Notes under the pieces: model-generated
What the model was told of the DNA's origin: nothing
What the model saw: the letters and a program-made list of their open reading frames with translations, nothing else
The model's database searches: none
In this document: piece after piece, positions 25,915-38,400 of the stretch
How positions within the stretch are numbered: position 1 is the first letter of the stretch
Layout: every line of letters starts with the position of its first letter
Program-made: the position numbers and the translations under genes
From: Macrostomum lignano
Lineage: Eukaryota
Length of the DNA: 64,000 nucleotides
Reading direction: 5' to 3'
NCBI GenBank assembly: GCA_002269645.1
Contig: NIVC01000261.1
Location: 1 to 64,000 of the forward strand

Positions 25915-26818
25915 GGGCCGTATGAATAAAACGTGAGAAAATCTTTAAAGATTATCTTTCGAGCCAAGAATTCCTTTAAAGAAATTCTTTTCCGGCAAGA
26001 AAATCTGTTGGAGAAAATCTTACGAGTCAAGATATTCTAGAAAAGACATGAATAAAAGTTTCTCGGCTCGTGAGATTTTCTCGGCGACTGCCACTTGGCT
26101 GAAAGTTGTCTAGGGCCCAAACCAAGATGTCGGTGACGTGGAATCGACGGCCGTCTCCTCAGGCTTGGGCGCAGCCCATGCTGTGTCTATGGCTAAAACC
26201 ACGTGAACACCGAAAATCCGTCCAGAAAAATCCTACTAGAAAGTGGCAAAATCCATGTGGAGTTCACCTGAACATCAGGTGACAGGAAAGTCACTTTGCT
26301 TTGAAATTTTACCCTGAGATTGAGCGTCCTGGTACCGCAGCGTGATCTCCATCTTCTGTTTCGGTGTCAGCGCACCGCCCCTTGTCTCGGAAGTATGTCC
26401 TAGGAAGCGCGTTGTCAGAAAGGTCACGTGATCCTCAGTGAATCGATGAAGCTGTCTATATGTCTCCACTGGAGTGGCCTGTCGGGGCAGGTACTCCTTG
26501 GTCTTTCTGATCTGAAGGAACATCTCGTGTCTCGTGTTATGGGCGCTGAAGATTCGCTTGAGCCAGAGAAAGAGTTGCTCGCATAAAACTCAAGTGTCGG
26601 CTCTCTCGGCGAGAAAATCACGTCTTTTATTCATCAGAAAGCAAGAAAATCTTTTCCTCGTGAGATTTTCTTGCCGAGCAAATCTTTTCTTGTGAAAGCT
26701 CGAGATTTTCTTGGCGAGAAAATCTTGCAAGAAACTCGCAGTTTTTTATTCTTATAAACGCAAGAAATTCTTGGATTTCTTGCAAGAAAAAAAATTCTTT
26801 TTTTTATTCATACGGCCC
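25915..26818 (-). mobile_element. PIF/Harbinger non-autonomous deletion derivative (904 bp)
   Basis: The TIRs are GGGCCGTATGAATAAAA / TTTTATTCATACGGCCC with a 3-bp TSD CAT. Many subterminal GAGAAAATCT/AGATTTTCT repeats are present. An internal minus-strand fragment, LHRFTEDHVTFLTTRFL..ETRGGALTPKQKMEITLRY, matches the Harbinger transposase N-terminal motif. Confidence 0.88.
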
Positions 26819-29046
26819 CATGTTTTTACAGCCTCAACCACTGCCACTGCTTAAGCTAACACCTAATTAAAGTTTAAATCTTTTACTTTGACTTTGTGGC
26901 AATCGTGGAGCTTAGTAATATGTACGTGTACTTTTTATGGGGGCTGTAAGTTTTCTATTATATGAATAACTCCTAACAAGAGCAGCAAACTTGAATGCAG
27001 CATAGACAATGCCATGCATTGTTGAAGTTTAGGTTGTGACGAATAGCTATTGGTATGAAGTACATTTATGGGAAAGTTAGAAAGGCTGCTTGCAACTGCC
27101 AATGGATTAGAATTGTGATAGGCAGAACTAGTTCTTTATAAGGGCGGGCTTGAATACAGGAAAGGAATTAGCAAAAGGCGGGCTCAAACAATAGGCGTGA
27201 GCGTGATCCCAAGGGAATCACATAAGTTTTCCTATCCTAAAAAAATACTGGGAAAGATGACACGCCTGTCACCAAATCCAAAGGCGGAACGATACAGCGA
27301 AAAGAATTCATGAGAATACGAAAACTTTGAGATGCATCAGACTCACATGAGCTGGTAATTCCCGCCTGAGCTGCATTGAAGAAAATGTGTATCGATGCGT
27401 TTCAATTTTTGCTCTCAACTGTTTTCCCGTAATTTCTGACTCTCATAACTCTAGAATTCCCATCGAATCCAGAATTTTGCGAAGAAAAACTCGTCTTTAC
27501 CTTTAAATTCGCAGATCAATTTTTTCTTTAGAGATTTGTACTTTATTTTCTGAAATTATGTCGATGTTACTAAGCTGTTATTTAACTGATTTTTGAATCT
27601 TTCACTGCTACTGACCTTGCACTTAGACAACCCAAACATTTCTCAATTCCCAATAATTAATAAATCATGACGGCATTCGGCTGTCCGAAGCCGCTCGTCT
27701 TTTTTTTCCTGCCAGAGGAGGGAGAAATCCACTTCTCACAAAACAGCTCCACATTGTGAGGCAGCTTCTCTTTGGCCTAAAAATATTTCTAAGAAAGGAA
27801 CTGCTGTGGTCAGAGCAGCTCACCGGTAAATGCGTGTAGCTCTCGCGCCACGAAGCCGCCATGAAATCTGGTTGCTTTACGTCCCAGGCGAGTCTACAAC
27901 ATTGTTCGATGCAGTCGAGGACTGTACATGGACGCGAGAAGCTGGCGGTGCGCTCAAGGGTCGCTTGACTGTCTGAGTGATCTCCTTCCCCATACTTCTC
28001 GACTGTACAGCTCCATGGCACATGAGCTGATGGCAAGAAATTCGTTATGGAAGACGGTGTAGAGAAGGTTCCGGCGTGTTGGGAAGATTTGGGACTCGTC
28101 AGTGCAGAATCAGAGGATTTCACGGGGTTTTCAGTTGTCCCTTGCTTTGTGACGCTCAGACGATAAGTCGCGAGAAGTCCAAGTCTGATTCCGACAGTTT
28201 GTATTTAATTCAGTGAGGCGAAATTTTCACTTTAGGCCACAGACAGTACGAGTTAAAGCTCGGATATAGGAAGAAACCAGCCTGTCCGAATCATTGATCT
28301 ATGGTCTGAATTGAATAAATACTCTCGGAATCGATTTGACTTCTCACATTCTGAGCCACAGTTGTCCTTGATCCTAATCCAGTTGTTTCATCTAAGTTAT
28401 CAAGTCGTCCTTGATTAGGATATAATACTCGTAGCCCACTGTCGGAATTGAGTATTAATTAAAAAAACAGTTTGAATTGAATTGAAAGCAAAGGGCCGTT
28501 TTAGAACGCACGCAGTTGTCGGAACTGAATGCACATTGCACCTTGTGCTACCATAAAGAATTACATGTATATGAAAATACTTAAACTTTGACTGCACAGT
28601 TAACAAAATAGAATGGAAACTAAAGGTGTAGTATGCTATACTATACATACTATGTAAATCTGCAATGTAAACCTGCCATTAATTCGGGGCTTAGTCCGCC
28701 ACCATGCAGTTACCAAGCAAGCTAAGATGTTCGTAGATGTAAGTTTCTGCTGGCGCTGTTGCTGAGTCTCCGCTTTCGACTTACATGTATTCACGAATTA
28801 ATGGGTTATAGTGTGTCTACATGTGTAGAATAGGATAGGCTAGAGCCTGTTGCCTTCAAGTTTCAAGGCAATGCAATGTTTTGATTGGCATTGAGAAGCT
28901 GATTCGCTCAGAACTTGCTGTTAAGCACTTGTTTTGAGCATATAACTCGTTTAGCACGGAAACGAAACTCCAACAAACCTCAACTGTCAAAAAAAGCCTG
29001 AGTAACAAAACAAATTATTTTCTTCTGAAAACCAACCCTAAAAGCA

Positions 29047-29647
29047 ATGTTTATAAAAACTGCCTGCTGCCTGCTCAGCCTGCTGTCCATCGCATCCGGT
29101 GTCTGCGTCCGCTTCCGCGTCGTCTCCGGTTGCCCCGGAAACGTGACCGACCTGTCGCAGGTCAACGGAGTCCGAGACCCTCGCGCCTGCTCGGTGGAGT
29201 GCGCAGTGCGACCCAACTGCACCGCCGTGTTCAAGCGAGACGGCACTTGCTATCTGGCCACTGCCGCTCAGTATGAGGCGCTGTGGAGACCCCTGGACTG
29301 CCGCAGCGAGGTCAGTCGGTGCTCAATACACCAGTAAAATTAAACTTATCCATAAGTGCCCTTCATTGTTGTTAAGAACCTTTTCGTTGATTGTTGCACC
29401 CACTCAGGTGGTGGAAGGAAGACTGGTCAACACGACTTCACCTCCGAACTCTGGTGCTGACATGAGCACCACCAGAAGCTCCGTCTGCTTCACAGATGGC
29501 CAGGCGTGCACCATCGACTTCATGAGAGACTGCAGCAGCGATGTGCACTACCTGCGCTGCAATCATGGAGCCTACGTTCAGATGCCGTGCTCAGCTGGCA
29601 CATCCTATTCCGCTGGCACATCCTATTCCGCTGGCACCTGTCCATGA
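29047..29647 (+). CDS. Family A copy A5, intact 167-aa secreted PAN-like + CBM14-like protein
   Basis: Exons are 29047-29310 and 29408-29647 (phase 0, GT-AG). It has a signal peptide, PAN core, short linker and Cys domain with a tandemly duplicated AGTSYS. Confidence 0.85.
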
Positions 29648-30844
29648 GGATGCCCACCACTGAAGACAATCTAACCAAACCAAACCGATTTGAAGCTATC
29701 AGATGTTCAGAGCTTTTGAAGATAAGATATGCCTGCTTGAAGGAACTCGCACTTTAATAAAGGACACGTCCAAAATTAACTATACTTATAATTAGTAATA
29801 TTTGGTACAGCATGTTAATGCGCTTGCTTTGTTATTTCAAATAGATTTTGTTTGTTATGCTAAGTTTGAAAGCGAACAATCAAATTTTATAAAGCCTGCA
29901 CAGAATACTCAGACTTGTCCCTTTACAAGTATTCATGTGGCCTAATGATTTGTTGTTTGGATTGTGGATATTTATCGGGATAAATTTTTGGTTAGAAAGG
30001 TGCTTGCAAATCCGAATTGTTAGGAACTGTGACTGGGGAAACTGGCGTTTTTTATGAGGGGGCTTGAGTAAAGGAAATAATCGCTAAGGCGGGCTGAAGA
30101 GGCGTGAGTTGTGATCCCTTTGTGTGTTTTATGTTCTCCTATCACAAAAAGAAGGTAAGAAAGACAAGTTTGTCACCAATTCCAAAGGCTGAGCCCTGAG
30201 AGAGAGCCCTGAGCTGCATCCAAGATGGTAGTTTATGCAGCAGCATTGAACAAAATTTTTATCGAGACGTTTTTCACCTCTCAAGGCTTTTTTCACGAAA
30301 TTTTCACAGAAATTTCCCGTAGTAGAATTTTTATTGTGAAAAACTCAAATAAAACACGTTTTCCCTATAAATTTGCCTTGTTAAAGTCAGGGGCACCTCT
30401 TGTTTGCAGGTGTGGCCAGGAAATTTATTTTTAAAGGATCCATTCTTGAGATGAAAATTTATTCACTTTAAAATATTTTTTGCAGAATAGGCGGGTTCAT
30501 TTCCTTATAGCAGGTGTTGGTTTGCCTCATTAGAGTTTTTGTACCTCCAGCGATGTTAAGTAGTATACACGGATAACAATAAAGTGTAAATTTAGCAAAC
30601 AATAAAATTCAGTATGCAAACTATTTAGCTTACTTAACTACTATTAGTAAATGATACGAGCGAAGCTGCCTATTTCAAATACAGCTCAACTGAATGCTCT
30701 ACATGTGATTTGATTGGCTGGATTAATCCTGCCGATACTACACTGCAGATAGAAAAAGTAAAACTATAAAAGCTTAGAAAATTCCCTTTAACTTTATTAC
30801 TCATATGCTCAGTTTGAAGAGCTCTCTGAACTCTCTCTCCGATA

Positions 30845-31186
30845 ATGCTCATTTATAAAGCCGCTGTGTCCTTGCTGGTTGCTGGGTCAGCCTGCTGCCT
30901 CCTGAGCCTCCTGTCCGAAGCAGCCGGTCTCACCGTCCAGCTGACCATCGTAGCCGGCTGTCCGGACAACCTGACCCTGTTTAGCCGGGTGTCCGGGGTT
31001 CGAGACCCGCGCGCCTGCTCAGTGGAGTGCGCGATACGGCCGAACTGTAGCGCCGTTTACAAACAGAACAGCGTCTGCTACTTCGCAGTTGGGGAGCAGT
31101 ACCCCCTGTTGTGGACTGGCGGCGGCTGCAGCAGCGAAGTGAGCTAGTTGGTTAATCAGTCAGTTAGTTTGTTTGTTAGTTAGTTG

Positions 31187-31220
<34 letters not shown>

Positions 31221-31421
31221 CAGTTAATCAGTTAGTCAGTTAGTTAGTCAGTTAGTTAGTTAGTTAGTCAGTTAGTTAGTCAGTTAGTTAGTTAGTTAGT
31301 TAATTAGTTAGTCAGTTAGTTAGTTAGTTAGTTAGTTAGTCAGTTAGTTAGTTAGTCAGTTAGTCAGTCAGTTAGTTAGTTAGTTAGTTAGTCAGTTAGT
31401 TAGTTAGTTAGTCAGTTAGTC

Positions 31422-31456
<35 letters not shown>

Positions 31457-31585
31457 CAGTTAGTCAGTTAGTTAGTCAGTTAGTTAGTTAGTTAGTTAGT
31501 TAGTCAGTTAGTTAGTTAGTCAGTTAGTTAGTTAGTCAGTTAGTTAGTTAGTTAGTCAGTTAGTTAGTTAGTTAGTCAGTTAGTC

Positions 31586-31620
<35 letters not shown>

Positions 31621-31709
31621 CAGTTAGTTAGTTAGTTAGTCAGTTAGTCAGTTAGTTAGTTAGTTAGTTAGTCAGTTAGTCAGTTAGTTAGTTAGTTAGT
31701 CAGTTAGTC

Positions 31710-31744
<35 letters not shown>

Positions 31745-31773
31745 CAGTTAGTTAGTTAGTTAGTCAGTTAGTC

Positions 31774-31804
<31 letters not shown>

Positions 31805-31905
31805 CAGTTAGTCAGTTAGTTAGTTAGTTAGTTAGTTAGTCAGTTAAACAGTTAGTCAGTTAGTTAGTCAGTTAGTTAGTTAGTTAGTCAGTCAGTTAGT
31901 CAGTC

Positions 31906-31964
<59 letters not shown>

Positions 31965-32021
31965 CAGTTAGTTAGTTAGTTAGTTAGTTAGTCAGTTAGT
32001 CAGTTAGTTAGTTAGTTAGTC

Positions 32022-32056
<35 letters not shown>

Positions 32057-32065
32057 CAGTTAGTC

Positions 32066-32096
<31 letters not shown>

Positions 32097-32554
32097 CAGT
32101 TAAACAGTTAGTCAGTTAGTTAGTCAGTTAGTTAGTTAGTTAGTTAGTCAGTTAGTCAGTTAGTTAGTTAGTTAGTTAGTTAGTCAGTTAGTTAGTTAGT
32201 TAGTTAGTTAGTCAGTCAGTCAGTTAGTTAGTTAGTTAGTCAGTTAGTTAGTTATTCGGTGAGTTAGATAGTTAGTTAGTGACTAACTGTGACCAATGTA
32301 TATCAGTACATTTTGAGACTGTAACTCAGGAACTGCCCAAGTACAGTCACGTGCATGCCCACTGCATCCCGCAGGCTGTGCGAGGAAGGCTGACCTGCTC
32401 GTTTCCCAACGACAACTGCACCGGCATGCCAGCAGCCCGCAAGCACTGCACAAAGAATCTTCACTACCTGACCTGTCTGGGAACAAACGTCTATGCCGAG
32501 ATGCCCTGCGCTAACGGCACATCGCGCAACGCCAACACCTGCCCGCCTCCGTGA
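30845..32554 (+). CDS. Family A copy A6, divergent intact ~157-aa PAN-like + CBM14-like protein without spacer
   Basis: Exon 1 is 30845-31138 (GT at 31139). Exon 2 is 32375-32554 (CCGCAG|GCTGTG; AVRGRL aligns with VVEGRL of A5). An alternative in-frame acceptor at 32329 is possible. Confidence 0.8.
31147..32282. repeat. (GTTA/GTCA)n microsatellite filling the A6 intron
   Basis: Direct reading, ~1.1 kb. Confidence 0.97.
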
Positions 32555-33463
32555 ACTGATATATATGACAAGCACCAATGCATGCTTTTACTAATCAAAC
32601 TGAAAAACAATAATGACCTTGCAATGTGCCTTGATACAGATGTGATCGAATTTAATATATCGCTACGCTCGCCTCGAGACCATTAAACGCAGCCTCGGAC
32701 ATTCTAACTACAGAATGTGAATAAAACGGCGTTTATTATTTACATAATCCCGCAAATACAAAAAGAATCCCGCATCTTTGAATATACTATCGGAAGGCAT
32801 AAAAACTATGGTTTATTTAATAATTTGAGCATTCATTTTCTTGTTTTTTAGGTTTAGGTTTTATTAAAATCAACCAATGAACTAAGAATATGTAAGACGC
32901 TCACGTGTTTTTGGGGATGTACATGTATAGCAGTCTCAGTCTACCTCTCAGAACCATAGACATCTTATTAAGAAACGAAATTTCCAGTCGTAATTTCTGT
33001 CATATGTAAAAATCTGGTTCACAATAGTTGACTTAAAAATAGTTTCAATGCGCTACATACCATAGACACTGGACTGAGCCACACTGGGGTTTAAATGCAA
33101 TTAGGTTCTTTTATTCCTGTGGAAGTCCCAGTGTATGGGACTCGACTCGATTCTCAGGTCTGAGAAAAAATTCGTGTATTTAGTGTCTGGCAAATATTCT
33201 AGGTCTCAAATCCATGGCAGCATTCATACAAGGTCTGTCTTCACATAGAAACTTTCTGCTCCTATATAAATAGCGAAAAATCTTTGTTCAACTGATGCGT
33301 TCAGAGTATAGAAGCACTGTACGTTCGTACTCGTACTTGCAATAATATTTTTACGAACTTAAAGTACAATTCAATTCAATTGCTCTGGGCTTTAACACCA
33401 TTAGGTATTGCAGTTTGATGAAAACTAGCATCGATCCACTCATAGTCTATTAAACTAAACTAT

Positions 33464-33656
33464 GGGCCGTATGCAGAAAGCTTAGTCCAGACTAGCTAGT
33501 CCGGACTTGGGTAGTTCAGTCTATAGTCTATGGTCTAGCTAGCCTAGTTCTGCTATAGTAGACTGGTCTAACTTTGCGTTTCTGCATACCAAATCCAAGT
33601 CCAGACTAGCTTTTCAAGACCGGACTACCCTAGACAGAGCTTTCTGCATACGGCCC
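33464..33656. mobile_element. Harbinger-type MITE (193 bp)
   Basis: It has perfect 19-bp TIRs GGGCCGTATGCAGAAAGCT and a 3-bp TSD TAT. The terminal 10 bp are shared with the 25915 element. Confidence 0.88.
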
Positions 33657-35148
33657 TATAACCAAACCCATGCAAGCACCAAAGCGCCTGTGAAATCACG
33701 CTAAACAAATGCTTTGTAGTCAATAGCAACCACTTAATTAAATTACTGCATAATAGTAAACTGATGTTAGCTCTGGTCTGTCTCTGAAGTGCGCACTGGA
33801 AGTAATGCACGCCTAATTAAATAACAATATGCATGATAGCTGATTGCAGGAATATTATTCACCAACTAAAAATGAAAAACAAAAACACAGCACAGATCAG
33901 CTCTCAAGCATGATTTCCTCTTCAGAGATTATATTATTTTCGCAATTCATACAAACCAATGTTCGTGGGTCTGTGGCAGCCATGGACTGCTAGATTAGAA
34001 TGACGCTCACACAGGGTGTACAGCTGCCCATTCGGCTTATGCGAATTGATTTTAATCCAAGATAGGTTTGTCAATTTGGTCCATAGCTTCATTTGCAACT
34101 GTTGCGGAGGAGCAAGATCAGCCCCAGAATTGTGGACCATATTGCTAGGCTTCTGAACGAATGCCATTGGCTTGCGATCGAAGCACCCGGCAGAGGTGAA
34201 CACCCAAATGACAGTGCAAGGTTGCTGAATGTAAAAGAAAAGATAGTTTATAGCATCCATCAGTGTGTTGAAACCACTACCGGCAGAGATCGCCTGCGAA
34301 AGAGGTGGCGTGGCAATCGACAAGGTGGTAATCGCTATTAATTTCGGAGTTGTGATTTTTCGTGTTTATGATGGCAACCCCTATCTTGGATTAAAATCCA
34401 TGCGCGCAGACCTAAACGGGCTTCAAAGAGCTCTAGTAATATAGTCGTAACTACATTACAGACAACACTACACAAAACAGTGTAAACTCCATCCTTTGTT
34501 ACCGGCGCTTACACAATGCAAAAAAACGGATAAAATGATGCCCAGCAATAAACAGTTTAGCGGCAGACAGACTCAAACATGAACAAACATAAATGAATAT
34601 ATAATTAGGAAATTAGATTTAAAAAAATATTTCGCTAAATAGTACCTCCGCTATTGGTAATGAAAGCAGGAAAAACCGATTACATAAATACACAAATAAT
34701 ATATATATATATATATATATATATCAAATGAGAAAGCTATGTAATTATTACTGGTAATGGCAAAGTCTTTCTGAGCGAAATTGAACCGAATAGCAAGTAA
34801 AAAAAAAACAAATTTAACTGAATCAGCAAAAAAACACTTGGCAACCTCAGTACAGTTGTTGTGCAATAATTTTATAAAATATACTCAAAAAATTCACTTA
34901 ATCTTTAGGTCGCTGTATTTGCTAGGAACAAAAAGTAACACTGCTTTTTCACGATTAACTTCTAACTGTTTTTCCCACAATCAGGGAAAATTTGTTGAGA
35001 TCCAATTAATCGTGAGCATATTTTGGTCTACATAATTGATCGAATAAACAAACATTTGTGTTGAAAAATACGCAGCATTATAAAGTCATGGGCAAGGATT
35101 CTAAACAGCTATCTTAGCCATAAAAAGCATTTTGAGCTCGAGACAGGT

Positions 35149-35287
35149 AACTCTGCATTGCTTCAGTTCAGTGTGGCGAACCCCCCCCCCCAGTCAGGGA
35201 CTGAACAGCCGTAAGCAGCCTTCAGATGCGCCGCGCAATAGCTGCGGCTGAGCTGTCGGTTGTACATCTGGCCCAATCGGGGTAGGT
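35149..35287 (+). mobile_element. Truncated, internally deleted copy of the CORE-SINE at 4940-5240
   Basis: It has a near-identical 3' part (GGACTGAACAGCCGTA..GCCCAATCGGGG) preceded by a CORE remnant AACTCTGCATTGCTTCAGT. Confidence 0.8.
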
Positions 35288-35479
35288 CAAAGCCCTCCTA
35301 CTAATATCTATAATTTGGTAATCTCTTGGGTTAAATTTAAAACAAAACAATGAACACCTTCAATAAACCTTTAATTAATGCAAAAGCTAAATAAAGCGAA
35401 TCAAAGTGGAGCTGTTCCGAATGCCACAAAATCATCGGAAGTTATAATACACTTATCTAGTGCTATTGTGCTTATTCAT

Positions 35480-38400
35480 TCACAGAGGTGAGCTCCTGTG
35501 CTGCGGATGCTTGGCACTGCCAGATCCGCCCTCCTGCAGGTCAAGGAACTCGGACATCAGCGGCGGTACAAACCTCGGGTTGGACATTGTGGCCAAGTCG
35601 GAGAAGTCTTTCTCGAGGCCGCGCAGCTCCGCTAGCTGGGTGAGCAGCTGTGGATAGACTTTGCGAGCGTGGGACACGGTGAACCGCGTGCGCAACAGGC
35701 GTTCGAGCAGCATGCAGTACTTCACCTGCGACTCTTCCACCTGGAGGGCAACATGGGCGATTGGAGGTTGGTGAGTTCGGTGAGATCAAAAGAGATTTAG
35801 GGGGTATTGATGTGTCAGTGAGATCAAAGAGATTCAGGGGGTATTGGTGTGTCAGTGAGATCAAAGAGATTCAGGGGGTATTGATGTGTCGGTGAGATCA
35901 AAGAGATTCAGGGGGTATTGGTGTGTCAGTGAGATCAAAGAGATTCAGGGGGTATTGGTGTGTCGGTGAGATCAAAGAGATTCAGGGGGTATTGATGTGT
36001 CAGTGAGATCAAAGAGATTCAGGGGGTATTGATGTGTCGGTGATATCAAAGAGATTCAGGGGGTATTGATGTGTCAGTGAGATCAAAGAGATTCAGGGGG
36101 TATTGATGTGTCAGTGAGATCAAAGAGATTCAGGGGGTATTGATGTGTCGGTGATATCAAAGAGATTCAGGGGGTATTGATGTGTCGGTGAGATCAAAGA
36201 GATTCAGGGGGTATTGGTGTGTCGGTGAGATCAAAGAGATTCAGGGGGTATTGATGTGTCGGTGAGATCAAAGAGATTCAGGGGTAACTATATGACGGTA
36301 AGATCAAAGAGATTCAGATGATAATGTGTCGGTGATATCAAAGGATCTGATTTAAATTGTAAAATTGTTCAGAAGCCGTACAATTGAAAAATATTCAAGC
36401 AGAAGCTGCGCGTATGCAAGAAGTGCAATCGTATAATTATTCAACATGAAATTTCCTGAGACAGGCTGCAGCAAGTTCATGCCCAAAGCCAGTTGCTCTT
36501 GAAAAAACAGCTGTACCCAGCCCTCAGCTTACAGGGGAGTTTGCGATTCCACCAGCGAAAAAAACCGAACAAAGGAAAAGCAGAGATCCCCGTGAGAAAA
36601 GCGAGACAACTCTGCAGCTGTTTCCTGCAACCCGACTGCAAACAAAGTTGAAGCAAACTCAACTGCCTGCATTGTGAATTGCTTTTCAAAAATGTTGACA
36701 TCAGATTTCCTACTGTATTTCAGCCCGTTATACGGTAGATCGCTTGGAATTGGAATTCCTAGAATGCCGCTTCAGAGAAAATTCCAGAAATTATATCAAA
36801 AGAAGCTAATTAGAATGGCGCCAGATAGAAACTTCTTAGAATGGCGCCAAAAGCACATTTTTAGAATGGCGCTAAATGGACATTTCTAAGAATGGCGCCA
36901 AATAAACATCTTTTAAAAATATCACCACATAGACATTTCTTAGAAGAACACAAAACAGAAATTTCTAAGAATGGCGCTAAATAGACATTTCTTAGAACGG
37001 CGCCGAATGAACATTTCTTAAAATGGTGCCAAGCAGACATTTCTTAGAATGGCACCTAAGGATATTTCTTAGAATGGCGCCAAATAGAATTTTTTTAAAA
37101 TGGCGCAAAGCAGAAATTTCAACGAATGGCACCAAAAAGACATTTCAAAAAGAAGTGGCACCAAACATTCTTTTCTTAGAATCGCCCCGATTAGAAAGTT
37201 CTCGGAAGTGGCGAAAAAAAGATTCAGAATGGCACTAGGCAAGCATTTCTTAAAAAAGGACCGACAATAAAAAAATAATCCCTCAGCCGAAACAGACACT
37301 CACCAGATCCCTTCCCTCAGGCGACAAGCCGGCCCGGTCTGGGCTGAACAGGCAGCAGACGAGCAGCAGCACCAGGGTGTGATGATCGCACTGCAGATTG
37401 CTGCGCAGAGTCCGGGCCAATTGAAAGAATGCGTGCCCGGCATTGGGCCCGGCCGCTCTCAGGAAATCCTGGCCCTGCATAGAGTCCGACTCGGCACTGG
37501 CCGTGTCCGTCTCGTCAAGGAATCTGGCATGGTCCGGATCGAAGCTGATGACGCCGCGCAGTAGAATGAGCTCGAGGGCGCCACCCTTCAACAGACAGAC
37601 CTTGTCCGGCTGGCTGAGCTGCCGGAACTCGTCCAGCTTCTTGCTCAGATCGATCACTCGCATCACGGACAGCTCGGCAAAGTTGATCAGGTCGTCCACG
37701 TTGGCCGCACGCTGGCCGTGGCGCTCGGCGACTCGAACCTCGGCCGACTGGCGATAGTACTCGGCCAACTGGGTCAGCTCTTGGACGTCCGATTCGGACA
37801 TGATCTCGCGGTCGGCCAGCTCTGATGGCGTGAGCTCCTTCGGGAGCAGGCCCAGAGTCTCCAGAGTGCGCAGCAGCCTGCGGTTTGGGGGGAGTCACCG
37901 ATTGAGACCAGAGTGACTGGGGAGTGACTGGAGTGACCAATTGAGACCAGAGTGACTGGGGAGTAACTGGAGTGACCGATTGAGACCAGAGTGACTGGGG
38001 GAGTGACCGGAGTGACCAATTGAGACCAGAGTGACTGGGGAGTAACTGGAGTGACCGATTGAGACCAGAGTGACTGGGTGAGTGAGCGGAGTGACTGATT
38101 GAGACCAGAGTGGCTGGGTGAGTGAGCGGAGTGACTGATTGAGACCAGAGTGACTGGGTGAGTGAGCGGAGTGACCAGTTGAGACCAGAGTGACTGGGTG
38201 AGTGAGCGGAGTGACCAGTTGAGACCAGAGTGACTGGGTGAGTGACCGGAGGGACCAGTTGAGACCAGAGTGACTGGGTGAGTGACCGGAGTGACCAGTT
38301 GAGACCAGAGTGACTCGGTGAGTGAGCGGAGTGACCAGTTGAGACCAGAGTGACTGGGTGAGTGAGCGGAGTGACCAGTTGAGACCAGAGTGACTGGGTG

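Noticed and set aside
33934-34341. 129-aa and 82-aa opposing ORFs
   Set aside because: They have no recognisable motifs, no GC3 bias and no convincing splice sites.
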